A stretch of 64,000 nucleotides of DNA from Syncephalis fuscata S228 (taxonomy: Eukaryota > Fungi > Zoopagomycota), in the NCBI GenBank assembly GCA_025786725.1, contig JAHLTZ010000006.1, forward strand, positions 773,043 through 837,042, given 5' to 3'. The position numbers were made by a program, and so were the translations under genes. A model generated the notes under the pieces. That model searched no databases and was not told the DNA's origin. It was given only the letters and a program-made list of their open reading frames with translations. Of this stretch, positions 1-11,942 are shown in pieces. Position 1 is the stretch's first letter. Every line of letters starts with the position of its first letter.

Positions 1-848
1 CTTACAGTAGCTAAATCCCACGGTATGGCAATAACATTGCCCAAAGATGGATGACTCAACCAAATATTACTTGTGCAGATTAAACAATAATTACACTATG
101 CGTTATTAACTAATATCGTGCGACAATACTATTAGCACATAATGAGTCACAACTACAAGATGATGGGATAGAATACAGATAGAAATAAAATACAAACAAA
201 GGATTACATCTCCGAATAGCTTTATCCTCTGGTGCTTTATATAAGTATTTAAAAAGATTGGATCAAATAGGAATGAAGCTGATATAATAGATGACGCTAT
301 AGATGATCAGAATGACGGAAATAACAAAAGATTTGATCATCTTTTTCTATCTAGCGAATTAGTGAAAGATCTTTAGCTGATCAGATGGTGTGATGTTGAT
401 TGGCACAAATCCATCTATATTCGTATTTGCAAATGGATTGTTTCAAATCATTCTATTAGCACGCCAGATGGTGCCATTTTATTTAGTAGATTGGATTATT
501 ACTGTTAAATTGTTACTGTGAAATAATAAGTAATTAATCGTAGAATTAATCGCACAACATTATTATTTAATTATTTATACAAGATAGAGATCATTATTAA
601 ATGCTAATTAACTTTAATCTGATTAATATGAATGGATACGATTGAACAAAAAGAGAACTACAAAGAAAACAATAAGTATATATAATCGTTAATGTTAAAA
701 TGAAACTACAAATAGAGAGTGAGAAATAGAGAAAAAAGAATAGAAATAAATGATACGTTAGGTAGATGCAAATAGTAGTATTGACAAAGAATAAAATGAA
801 GAATAAATGGATGGTTATTTGTGTGAGTGTGTATGTACGGCATCATAC

Positions 849-2903
849 CTATTGCTCTCGAGATCGTTTTCGACCAATAATGACGGTTAGAATAATATAC
901 GCCTGGCAAGCAATGACCTCTTGTTCAAGTGCTTCCATTAATCGGTCCAATTCTTGTTCTGCCTCTTCGTTAGTAGAAGCGATGCTATCGCTGCCTAAAA
1001 GTCGTAGACGTGCCCGTTCCATAAAGACCACGCCCAGATGCATCATCGATTTAACTGATGTGCCCGAGTTGGGCTGTTTGGGCGTTGCAGTGGTCAATGT
1101 AGTAAATGGTGTGGGTGGCAAGCCATACGTCAATGGATTGTTAATGTCATTGTCGTCCGTATCATTGGAATGGTATGACATTGGTAAAGGCGATGCCGTT
1201 TCTGTAGTTGTAATAATCGGCATATTTTGGTGTTAATAGCCGGCACATGAGATGGTCGTCGGATATTTTTGTTCGCCCACTATTGGTCAATGGCGTTTCG
1301 TACGATGATGATCTTAGCGGTAATGGTGTAGGATAGTCGGATGCCGTATGGACTGGTGCGGCTGCTGTGGTTATATTATTAACATTGATTTCACTTTTTT
1401 GTAACTCTTCACGAATGACTGCTACTAGCTCGTCTCGTCGACTAGCCACTAGATTTTTAAGATAACGCCAACTGGCTACACCCATTGCACTGGTACCGCT
1501 AAGTGGTACAAGCCAGTTGCGATGGCGTACATCACGCCAGCCACACTCAAGCATCTGAAGAATGACCTTCGATGATGCGCCGATTCAGTGTTGGCCGATT
1601 GAGGATTGGGGCCGACAGCCGATGGCAATTCACTCGAGGCAATAGGCGCCGACAAGATGGGAAAGGCAGTCGAGGCAGTGATGATCTCATAGCCGGTGCA
1701 GAGGTTGTTGAGCCGCCACTACCGGTCGTTGAAGGTGTAGGCAGTGCCGACCATGGCTGTTGGGCCGAGTTAACGCTATATCTGGCAAAAGAACCGCTGG
1801 TATGCTTGTCCTTTGAGCCACTGCGTCTGCGTAGGTGAACACGTCGTCGTTGCTCGACACGGTCCATCCATTTGTTGAATCGATAAGCAATGAATGATCC
1901 GCTGTGAATGTGGGCGTCAGTGCCCATCAATTCTAGCCAGCCACCGGGTGAGCAGATGTTATAGCAACGGCCAAGATGTAGTTCCCAGTCAGTAGATGGT
2001 GCCGTATTTAAACGTGTAGAACTACTACGACTTAGTTTTCTCTCCAGTGTAACACTCTGGCTAGATCTTTTTCGGACAGATTGGCAGCTTGTACCACTAA
2101 GAGGAACCGTACCAAGTGGTAGCCAGTGATGTCGAATATAGTCAAAACTATCGTTAGTAAAAGGGAGATCTAGAATAAATTTAGTTTTTAATATTAATAA
2201 TAATGGAATTACTTACTTTTTGAAATATCAACTTGCTCAAACCGACAATTGGTCGGCATTAGATCTCGTGGTAGTGACCGTGAGTCAATGTCAACACCTA
2301 AGAATTCACAATTTGGAAAATTGCTGCTTGTTTCCTAGATATAGCGATGACCAAGTTAGTGTGCTGACAAAGATAGTAGCTATAAATACTCACCAATACC
2401 CAAATGCCAGTGCCAGTAGCTAAATCCAGGCAGCTACGCGGCTGCTCAATTGGTACGTGCATGGTAAGACCAGTTACCAGTTGCAGAAAATAGTGTTGTT
2501 GGTCAAATCTATTGTAACAATGAATGTTAATAAACAGCCAATCAGAACATATTAATCATCAACATTACCGATCTGCTTCGGCAAGTTCTTCTGGCGTGGA
2601 ACGGCGTGGAACTACAGTGCCAGGACTCGTTACGGAAGTTCGAGTCGTCAGCTGAGATATTCGACGGGAGGTATCGTAGCTTCTGCTAGATCGAGACATA
2701 TCTGTCGGCATTGTATCCGATCGCCGACGTTTTTTGCTACGAATTTTAAAAGGCCGTGCTGTTTGCGACTCGAGTGTCGGGTCGATTTGTGTCAGTGCAG
2801 TGTCATGGCTTAGGCTAGGACGATGGGTAGATCGGCGTTTGGTCCGTAGCATTATCATTGGGCTGCCGACATTTTGCTTAAATTTGGACAGTCGACTGCC
2901 CAT
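849..2903 (-). CDS. LaeA/TAM-like class I SAM-dependent methyltransferase with long low-complexity insertions (4 exons; ~4 apparent 1-bp deletions)
   Basis: Spliced reading gives EEL..ADR|FDQQHYFL, SAM motif I CLDLATGTGIW, FLGVDI, LPFTNDSFDYIRHH, WELHLGRCYNICSPGGWLELM, CGWRDVRH and terminal YIILTVIIGRK. The three introns are at the same positions as in the paralog at 15573-16697. The last exon changes frame near 1686, 1561, 1268 and 1226. Confidence 0.8.
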
Positions 2904-5167
2904 AATAATAATAACAATGATATTGATAATAAAAAGAAAACTAAACGAAATGGATAGGCATGTAGCAATAGTAGCGCCGATAGCAAAAAGTAAACTAAAC
3001 TCAAATAACTACAGCTGTCAAGACAAATAAAGAACGGCGATTATCAGGTACTATTTATTGGATAACTACAAAGAAAATGGTGCCACGCCTAGTTACATAT
3101 CAATGTGTATCAAAATAGAAATGAAATGGCGTCTTTATTTAAATTTCTATTGTTGCCAAATGGCGGCCCGTGTAAAACATGCATCATTAACGCATGCATC
3201 GCGTGAATGAATGAATAAAGGCGAGCAAGCAAGTAATTGAGAAATGCAGACAGGCAAACAGGCCAATAAACTAGTGGATGGAGAAACGAAGACGAGAAAT
3301 ACACTATGACCGTGAATGTGTGTGTGTGTAGCGATCAACATTTGTGCTACGTTGAACCATTCGCCTTCCTTTGCCATAGGCGCTGGAATGGAAAAACTAA
3401 ATCTTTTAATCCGCATGCCACTAACATACATACACACACGCACACACATGAATAATGATTTGGACTAACGAAACCGGTACACAAATTAGTGGTATTGCAT
3501 AGTGGGCATGGGTCATTTTCAGATAATGCGATGGAGCTTTTTTGGCACTCTGTATACTTTTTTGTATTATTATTATGGTAACTTTATGTTTTAGGCACAA
3601 AGAGAGTCGCGCCCACATAACACATCATTATTTCATTGATTGGCCGAGCACCAGTAATAACTTAATAAAAATTTGATATACATCGACAACCAGTAGAACA
3701 AAGTAGTAACAGGGGGGAGTGAGGTACTGTTTTTGACGATGGTGATGCTGCTGATGCTGTTCCTCCTGCGTAGCTGCCGCTGCCATTGCAGCCGCTACTC
3801 CTGCTACAGATGATGCATTTTGAACGGCTCATGTGCGTAGAGCTACATCAGTACTAACCGGTTCAAGTGGTTGGCGCTAGCATTCGTATTCTGACGTGGA
3901 TTACACATAGCCATGCTAATTGATTTTGCGTATCATTGGCGTAGTCGTTGCTTCTCTCTGCAGTACATGATGTAAGGTGCACCTAGCCTGCATGGTAGAG
4001 AAAATACACAATTAACGCTCCAATAAGGTACTTTCTAACATGCAAGCTCCGTCGTTGCCGTTGTTGCCGCTGTAACTGCTGTTAGCGTAACCGCAATGAT
4101 AACGGCCAAATAGCTGTAGCTGATTGTTCACGAGGTTGCGTGCGCGCATTGTTAACTTCCTTCCACCATTTGATCCATGTGTCATGACGCCACTACCATT
4201 GCTGCATCTATTGCCGTTGAAACTATAATGGCTACTCTTTATCGCCGTGGTCACAATAGCTATCATGCGTGTCCTACCGTTCGTCATGTTACTATAGATA
4301 TGCAGCTACAGCCACGCGCCTGTTTCTTTTGTTTGTCTTTATGCCATTCGGCGAATGATTCAAAATAGTAATGACATTCTTTGATTAATTGCCAGATTTG
4401 TACATCATTTAACGTTTGCCGCGCCTCGACTTTGAATGCGCGACATAATGAAGCTATTCAAAATAACACATAATGCAATGACGTTTGAGTGGAATATTCG
4501 GACATCAAAAATGACCAATATGCATGCGGACATGCTGGCTGCAGAATTATAGACTGCCCTTATGTCAAAAATAACGGCTGTCCGCCCGTTGGTTCAAAAT
4601 AAATCCGCTCACGTTACGCCTATGGCTGGCCGTGCATGGTACAGATATTACGGCCCGGCGTAGCATCATAGCTAGCTGAATGGCCCAAATAACCGGTTAT
4701 CCAAGCAGACTTATAGCAAAAAGTGTTCATTTATTGCTACTATTCACTTCAGCCGGTTTGTATGGCAATGAAATCAATGTGTTTCAATTTTTACATTGTG
4801 CTAACCGGAATCAACAAGTGGTTTGTGGTAGGATGTTGTGAAAATATTCGATTTTAATAGTTAGTTATTTATTAATAAAATGTCATATGGTAAAACAGTT
4901 GAAACAAAATAGCGCCAAATAGAGTTTTTAAGTATCTTTAGCCATATATTTGCATATTTTAATAAATTCAAGCAATTTAAAAGCTATTTTACGACATTTT
5001 AGTTACATTAATTAAATAAATACCTAAACGGATTGATGGTATAACATAGAAATAGATAACGTCTTATCAGATGATTTGAAATCCGACTTTTGTCTATTCT
5101 GTTATTGCTTTTTACTTATCGGAAGTACCTCAACCTTTCCATATTCTGTCCAGTTACTGTTATCTTT

Positions 5168-6369
5168 ATGACCGTATTAAAAGCTGAGAATATAACGCGC
5201 ACCAAGGACGACGGTACTCCACTGTTTCGCGAGGTGTCATTTGGTGTAGAAGATGGCGAGATTCTAGTGATTCGTGGACCAAGCGGTGTTGGGTAGCTAC
5301 AAAAGTATATTTAACATGTATATGGTCATATTAACTCGGTATTTATTAATAAAACCGGTAGTAAATCAACAATGTTGCGCTGTATTGCTCAATTAGACGA
5401 TTTGACGATGGTTCGATAACATTAGATGGACAGTAGGTTTTTAATAGAAAGGATTGATGCTGCAATTTAATTGATATTCAATACGACAATTGACTAGAAT
5501 GCCAGATGATTTTGGTATTCCTGTTTGGCGTACTCATGTTGCCTATGTACCTCAACGGCCAGGTAGTTACTAGAGTGTAGTTTAGACGTACAGAACAGCT
5601 AACGTGATAATGCACCTCAATAGCCACACTTCCAGGAACACCGCTTGATTTCTATAAGCGAGTGTGTACGTTTGCTGCTCAACGACAGCGTTTAAAACAG
5701 CTAGCTATCAAACGTGCTGCTGCCACTGCCCCCTCTGAACATACACATCTCACTACAGACAATAACAATAAACATACAGCTAATAACACTGGCACAGAAC
5801 CAGTCAATCAGGATGCTATACTTACAAGTCCAGTAAGTCGGCTGCTATCCAATAATAAGGTATTTAAATAAGCTAAAACACCTTTGATTATTATCTAGAT
5901 TGACGTGGGATTAAAATGGAATCTAAGCGAGTCCGTCTGGCATGCCGACTGGTCACGTCTATCAGGTGGAGAGGCACAACGGGCATCGCTAGCAATTGCT
6001 GTAGCATTGGAGCCAGAAATACTTTTACTTGATGGTAATGACAACACTATAATAATTGGAATAGCAATTGATATAGCTGATTTATTAAATAACACGATAG
6101 AGCCAACAAGTGCACTTGATCCAGAAACATGCCGACTGGTCGAGGACACCATACTATCTCGCAGTGGCGGTTGTATTTGGATAACCCACGATCCATTACA
6201 AGCTGATCGTGTAGCTACACAAATCCTTACTTTACGCCGCCTGGCCGAAGGCGGTGCTGGAGGCGAAGCATACCAAGTATCACAAAATCAATATGGTACA
6301 TTTAGATCCACCAACACCGACTGTACTATCACGATCGAACCAGACATTCCATTCAAAATAGTGTCTTAA
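5168..6369 (+). CDS. Stand-alone ABC ATPase (NBD only), STAR1/YbbL(FetA)-like
   Basis: Walker A GPSGVG|KST split by an intron, Q-loop YVPQRP, signature LSGGEAQR, Walker B/D-loop LLLD|EPTSALD, H-loop WITHD. No transmembrane domain. 5 introns and one missing T at 5401-5403. Confidence 0.88.
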
Positions 6370-6400
6370 TACATTCATGCTAGTACTAAAATAAAGTTTA

Positions 6401-8257
6401 TTATTCTTGAGCGACCATTGTCCATCCACGTCGACGTAGCCGCGGTTCTTTGCGTGCCCATAGCTCGAGCAAACGAGTTCCTACCATGCCGGTTACTTCG
6501 TCGTGTTCGCTGTAGCAAGCACCAGGCAACATCGTCTCCATCATCGTGTAGGTAAATGCGGGCTTTTCCTCAGTAAGGTCGCCTAGCAGTGCAAATAATG
6601 GTTACTATTGTTTACCAATGCTAGTCAATTAACAATACCTTCTTTGTAAGGCTTGATAAAATCAAATACACAATCCGGGCTACGCTGATGTCTTAGATCA
6701 ATCTCGCCTCCTTCCTGTTGTTTATAGTTATTATGTAGAATTAATTGTCAACTGATACCATTTATATGCTATTCATGTGCATTACCTTACGGAAAATAAG
6801 CAGAGTTGCTTTCGAGCGAGCAAAATGTGCCGATGACTGTTTTACAATGCGGTTATCTGGTGTCTTTTTAATCCAACAAAAGTTTTCTACGTATTTAAAT
6901 CCCCATTTCATTGCCACGCGTACTACTTGGGCCAGTAGTTCTTTTTCAGCCCATATAAATAGAAATCCATAGCGAATCAACTGTTCCACCTTAAGCGTCG
7001 ACTGATGTGCAATAAATGATCTGTATTAGTAGTGCTATCTCTATTTAATAAATACGTACAAATTGTTCTACAGTTAGTTTCCCTGGCGTTGCTGGCTCAT
7101 TGGGTAGCAGCAATGGGGGATCCATATAGATGGCATGATATCCATTTCCTAGCATGTCGGTATTCACATCTAGTACATTGGATACTTGATGGTAACTAAT
7201 AGTCAATATAAACAATATTTATCGTTAAACATCTTTTATTTGATTATGCTATTATACATACCGATATCCATCTGATACAGATTGCTCATATTCTTCTAGC
7301 GTAATAATGCGATGTGCCCAGGTGGCAGGAATTGGCTTTGGAATACGAATATAAGTGGGTAACTTGGGTCGATAGTACTGACACACGTCCAAATCATTAC
7401 AACAATTGTTAATATTAGCCAATTCATTAGCAACTGTACTTACCTGACTTTCTTTTTAACTAAATGATAATTGCCCTGCTGATCTTGTACTCGTACTTGC
7501 ATTGTGCGATATCGTTGTAATACACTATCACGATCCATCATACGTCCATTTCCACCACCACCATTATTGCCACTGCTTCCTTGTCCGCCAGTCCGACGTG
7601 CTGGACGAGGTCGTCGTGCAAGTGCTGCTGGTCCAAATACCTCATCCCAGTAATCTTCATCCATAAATAAATAGTCACTAATAAATGCAGCATTATGAAG
7701 TTATATATACACCATTCTATTATTGAACTAATAGCTACATACTCATTTTCTTCGTAGTCTCCGTCAAACTCGGATCCCTCCATGTCCATACGTAGTAGAT
7801 CCAATTCATCAAGCATATCGCCATCCTCATGCGTTCTTCTCTGTGCTGCACGAACTGTAAAGGCGCTAGTTCGTTTAAACACCTCTTCTAACTGCTCCTG
7901 AGTAAAGCCAGTACCAATGGCGTCTTCACTGGCGGTTATTGCAGCAATCATGTCTGCAGTTTCGGGATCAAGCGACATGGGGTCCTCTACATCTGTAACA
8001 GGATCGCTCATGCCCAGTGCCGTTGTCATTGTTGTTGAGCCGGCCGTTGCAGCAAATTCCTCTTGAAGCCGCTCTAGTTCTTCAAACTTTTTCATAATTG
8101 CCTCAACTGACTCGCCATCTTCGACATAGCCAACATAGTGAGCATTGCTATGGTAGTTGTTATAAACCACATAAATACTTTATTAAGAATATGAATTCCA
8201 AACTATTTACCTAATCTCTGCCGTTTTTCTCTTACGTCGAGTGCGACGTTCTGCCAT
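6401..8257 (-). CDS. MTA9: MT-A70 family protein, MTA9/AMT6-7-like non-catalytic subunit of the DNA 6mA methyltransferase complex
   Basis: Spliced C-terminal domain: IYMDPPL (not DPPW), GFLFIWAEKE, WGFKYVENFCWIKK, SKATLLIFRK, LRHQRSPDCVFDF, KPAFTYTMMETMLP, LLELWA. Preceded by a long acidic N-terminal region. Confidence 0.75.
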
Positions 8258-8671
8258 AGTAAATATTGGAAATGGAAACAAAATGCAAAAAACGCGTAAA
8301 AAACAATAAAGATAGTGTTTTATTGATAGAGCGAATATAAAAATACAAGTGTAATAAAGATCAAATAACAATAAAAATTAGTACATTTTAAAGACAAATG
8401 TAATTATAATATGTTATCATTGATGCAATAGAACAAACGCGTATAAAATATATTTATATATACTGGGTCAATGTTGCTATTATAAATATCAAATGGTTAT
8501 TATTGTAATAATAATGTTATATAGCAGATGTACATGATGAATATGGCGGCTATACGCTACCAAAGCCCAGTATGTTTTATTTCGCTATAGATTTGCAATA
8601 GTTTATAGCAAAAAAACATATAGTAAAGTCAATGATGCACTTACTATGTCAGTAAAAGTGTTAACGGCAAT

Positions 8672-8993
8672 GATCAGAGCAAGGAAAGTGATTTGCAAAA
8701 AAAGGTCAGATTACAAAAGAGCAATGCAAGTACATAGTGTAGAAGGTGTTTGTACATAACTAGTAGCCAGTCAACTACTGACACTATTTAGATGGTATAT
8801 ATGGAGTGTACAAGTATATGCAATGGATATATGCTATCAAGTGTAAAGAAAGAGAAAGGAAGTGTGATGACGTAGATTGTGAGATGTAAACCTGTCAGTC
8901 AATATTTATAGACAGTTGAGTTTAATTGATTAATAAATGGAGTGTGAAATAATAAAAGTCGATCTACCCAACATGTCAGTACATCATAGAACA
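8672..8993. repeat. ~320 bp dispersed direct repeat, copy 1
   Basis: GATCAGAGCAAGGAAAGTG...CATCATAGAACA is near-identical to 15139-15454. Confidence 0.95.
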
Positions 8994-9020
8994 GATTAAT
9001 AGTAAATGAATAAATGCATC

Positions 9021-9218
9021 AAGAATAAAAGTTATTTACCCCCAAAACTACTCATTATTATAGAACATATATTCAGTATAATGGCGAATGTAATAAAAGA
9101 TCAATTAAAAGAACAAAAGTCATTTTACCCCTAGAACCACTCATTATTATAGAACATATATTCAGTATAACAGCAAATGTATTAAAAGAATAAAAGTCAT
9201 TTGACACCAAAAACCATT
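9021..9218. repeat. Degenerate tandem repeat, ~80-88 bp unit, ~2.4 copies
   Basis: AAGAAYAAAAGTYATTT starts at ~9021, ~9109 and ~9186. ACTCATTATTATAGAACATATATTCAGTATAA occurs twice. Confidence 0.85.
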
Positions 9219-9396
9219 AAAATAAAACATACCAATTCTCACCGCATTATAGAAGATAGAGCAATAATTTATATACTAAATAAAAAACATTACATTATTT
9301 ATTAATAACACGCAAACAAAGCAATGAATAGATGAAATGAAACAGCTAAGTACATAGATGGTTAGTATTATGGTTTGTATAATCATTAGTGAGTTC

Positions 9397-11942
9397 TTAC
9401 CTTTTAAAGCGCCTTCTTGTTGAGACGGCACTTTCGGATGGAAGCACCCGTTTGGCTACGCCTTGTGTCTTGTACTTAGAGTAGCAATGGCGTTTTGGTT
9501 GGCATCGTCGTTTAAACGTAAGCGACGGCCACCACCGCTTCTTTACAGTTGGTGTAGCTATAGTTGTAGATGTAGTTGTAGCTGCTAGTACTGGTGATGC
9601 TGGTGACGCAGTACTAATTGTAGGCACCGTTGGCGTGGCTGGTGCAGCTACTGTTGCTGGAGCAGGTGTAAGCGTTGTTGTTGTTGGTGTTGTTGATGCC
9701 ACTGGTGTTGATGCCACTGGTGTTGTGGAGCAGGTGTAGGCGTTGTTGCCACTGGTGTTGTTGATGCTACTGGTGTTGATGCCACTGGTGCTGTTGGACC
9801 TATTTGACTTGTGGAGGCTTCTTCAAGTGGTACATCTGTATCTATTTGTTCTTCGCTGTTAAACCAGCCACAGTTTAGCGCACTCTCAGCGGTGTAGCGC
9901 GTGCTACTGTCGACATCAAGTAGCCCCTTCACTAAGTCAATTGCTATGCAATATTAGCTATTGTTAATAAATAAATGCTTTACTTACCTTCACGGCTGAA
10001 TTGGCTTAGCTCTTATTCAAAATCAACTGGATTGTCTAATATACGTTCAAGACAAACCAGTGTATCATTTGAATTGCTATAGGGAAATTTACCTATTTAT
10101 AATATAGAATAGTTAGTATTTTGTTTTTATTTTTGTTTGTACTTACCCCGTAGCATTACGTAGAGCATGACCCCCAAGCCCCACATGTCAATGGGTTTGC
10201 CGTACCCATTGACGTCAAACGGCGCCGAGGTTAATTGCCGGTGCATTCCTGGAACTGCTTTGGCACGCTCCAGCAACTGGTGCCGTTGATTGGACCATAA
10301 TGACGCTTCAGGCGCCATGTATGGTACGGAGCCACAGCAAGTGGGCCACTCGGAGGAAGGCTCTATGAAGTGAGCCATCCCAAAGTCAGTATATTTGACC
10401 TTGGGATATGGGCAATCCTCAGATAACATGATGTTATCCAGCTAATTAGTAGTTAGCACAATGCTTGATATTAATTTAATAAATTACCTTAATATCTAAT
10501 TAGATAGTTAATAATAATGATAATGATAATTAGTAAATGTATTAGCAAATAATTAAATATACTTGCCGCGGTGCACGATATTATTTTCATGCAAAAACTA
10601 TTGTAATGTTAGTATTTTGATTAGTAAACTTTAGTAATACTTACCTTCGCGCCTTCAAGTAGTTGCTTGAAGATATATTTTACTTCCATCTCTGGAAGGG
10701 GAAGGTGGCATTAACGTAATGAAAGAGATCACCGCCTGCCATGTACTGGATCACCAAGTACGTGTTCAGGCTGGTGATCCCTCCTCGTAGACCCCGTACA
10801 AAAAGAGAGTGGTTTCCAACCGCGTGTAAAGCGCGGACCTCTCTTTTGTAATCCTTAAAGTCATGGCAATGCAGTGAGACCTTCACCGCAACACGCTCGC
10901 GCGTCTTGCGGTCTATCCCAAGCTTCACTTCGCCAAAACTGCCCCTGTTATAAATGAATAGTTAGTTGATTGATTTGCCTAATTTAATTACTTACTCCCC
11001 AAGGGGCTGATCGTTTGTAATCATCACCCATTTATTCAACACCTATGGTATTGATAAAATTGGCACATTAGTAATATTTAAATAGGCTTATAAACTTACC
11101 TCTTCGTATTCTTCGCCTTCTTCTATTTTCATAGGTAGGCAACGTTCAATGACATGAACATTAAGCGTTACTATTATACAGTATTAGAAGCAATAATAAT
11201 AAATGATATTTACTACTTACTTTCACCATTGGGTGTTCCAATGGTACAATCTCCAGTAATTGTTTGTGAATCATTAGCAAATAATCCAATTCCATCAACT
11301 AAACCAAATGTTAGCAACTTTGTTGATATTACTATCTAAACTAGCCTATTAATACTGGCAGTCCAACATTCTAGATTGCTAGTTAGTAATGAATGTGGTA
11401 AATAGTCATTTACTTACTGTACAGCTAACAGTGCCATTGTTCTATATAATACACCATTAAAAACAGTTTATGAAAGTATATGCTGTACTTACCACTAAGA
11501 TTTCAAAACAGCGATCTGGCATAGGAACTGCAGTTAAACAATAGTCACTAGTAATACACATATAATGTCAGCTTATTTCTTTATAGATTTCATACTGCTG
11601 AATAGTTACCAGCAATTACTAGCTCCAATGGTGTAATATTTGTTTTTAACAATATGTTTGCTTAACGACTATCATTAGCCAACTATATGCTCATCATAAA
11701 CTCAACTTACTCTTAGACCCTGCCTCGTATACTTCAGCCCAAGCAGTTATACCGGTACGCTCTTCTTCAGATAAAACATTCCAGCAATTTGGAATGTTTG
11801 AGTACATCAGATCTTCATCACTTAAAAGATCTGATGGCAGTTCTACGGGAACTGCCGTCGGAGTATGTGGGATCGAGCCCCCCGTAAAGACAAAGGAGGT
11901 AGGAATAGAAATGGATATTTGATCAAAGTTCAAAGATGTCAT
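9397..11942 (-). pseudogene. CAMK-group (Chk2/Dun1/Mek1-like) Ser/Thr kinase with FHA-like N-terminus and in-frame stop; probable pseudogene
   Basis: Spliced motifs LGEGSFGEV, VAVK, HRDIKLDNI, DFG, CGSVPYMAPE, DMWGLGV, R.TAESAL. The N-terminal beta-rich region (YTIGA...VDGIGL...ITGDCTIG) is FHA-like. In-frame TAA at 10013-10015 (DFE*ELSQFSRE) and 1-bp deletions at ~10700 and ~9727. Thr/Pro-rich TPVAS repeat tail; the exact 3' end is uncertain. Confidence 0.7.

Noticed and set aside
1-250. Possible 5' part of a minus-strand gene running off the window (TATA-like at ~235-243, GTAAG at the edge)
   Set aside because: Too little sequence to define a start or product.
3700-4370. Short ORFs in a GC-richer patch (4012-4287, 4177-4368)
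   Set aside because: No recognisable motif or consistent splice model; may be regulatory or UTR sequence.
9021-9218. CRISPR-like array
   Set aside because: Eukaryotic context, and whole units are similar, with no unique spacers.
10013-10015. Stop-codon reassignment (TAA read as an amino acid)
   Set aside because: Single case; TAA terminates many intact genes here (RRP8, ARG8, ALG11, NUG1).
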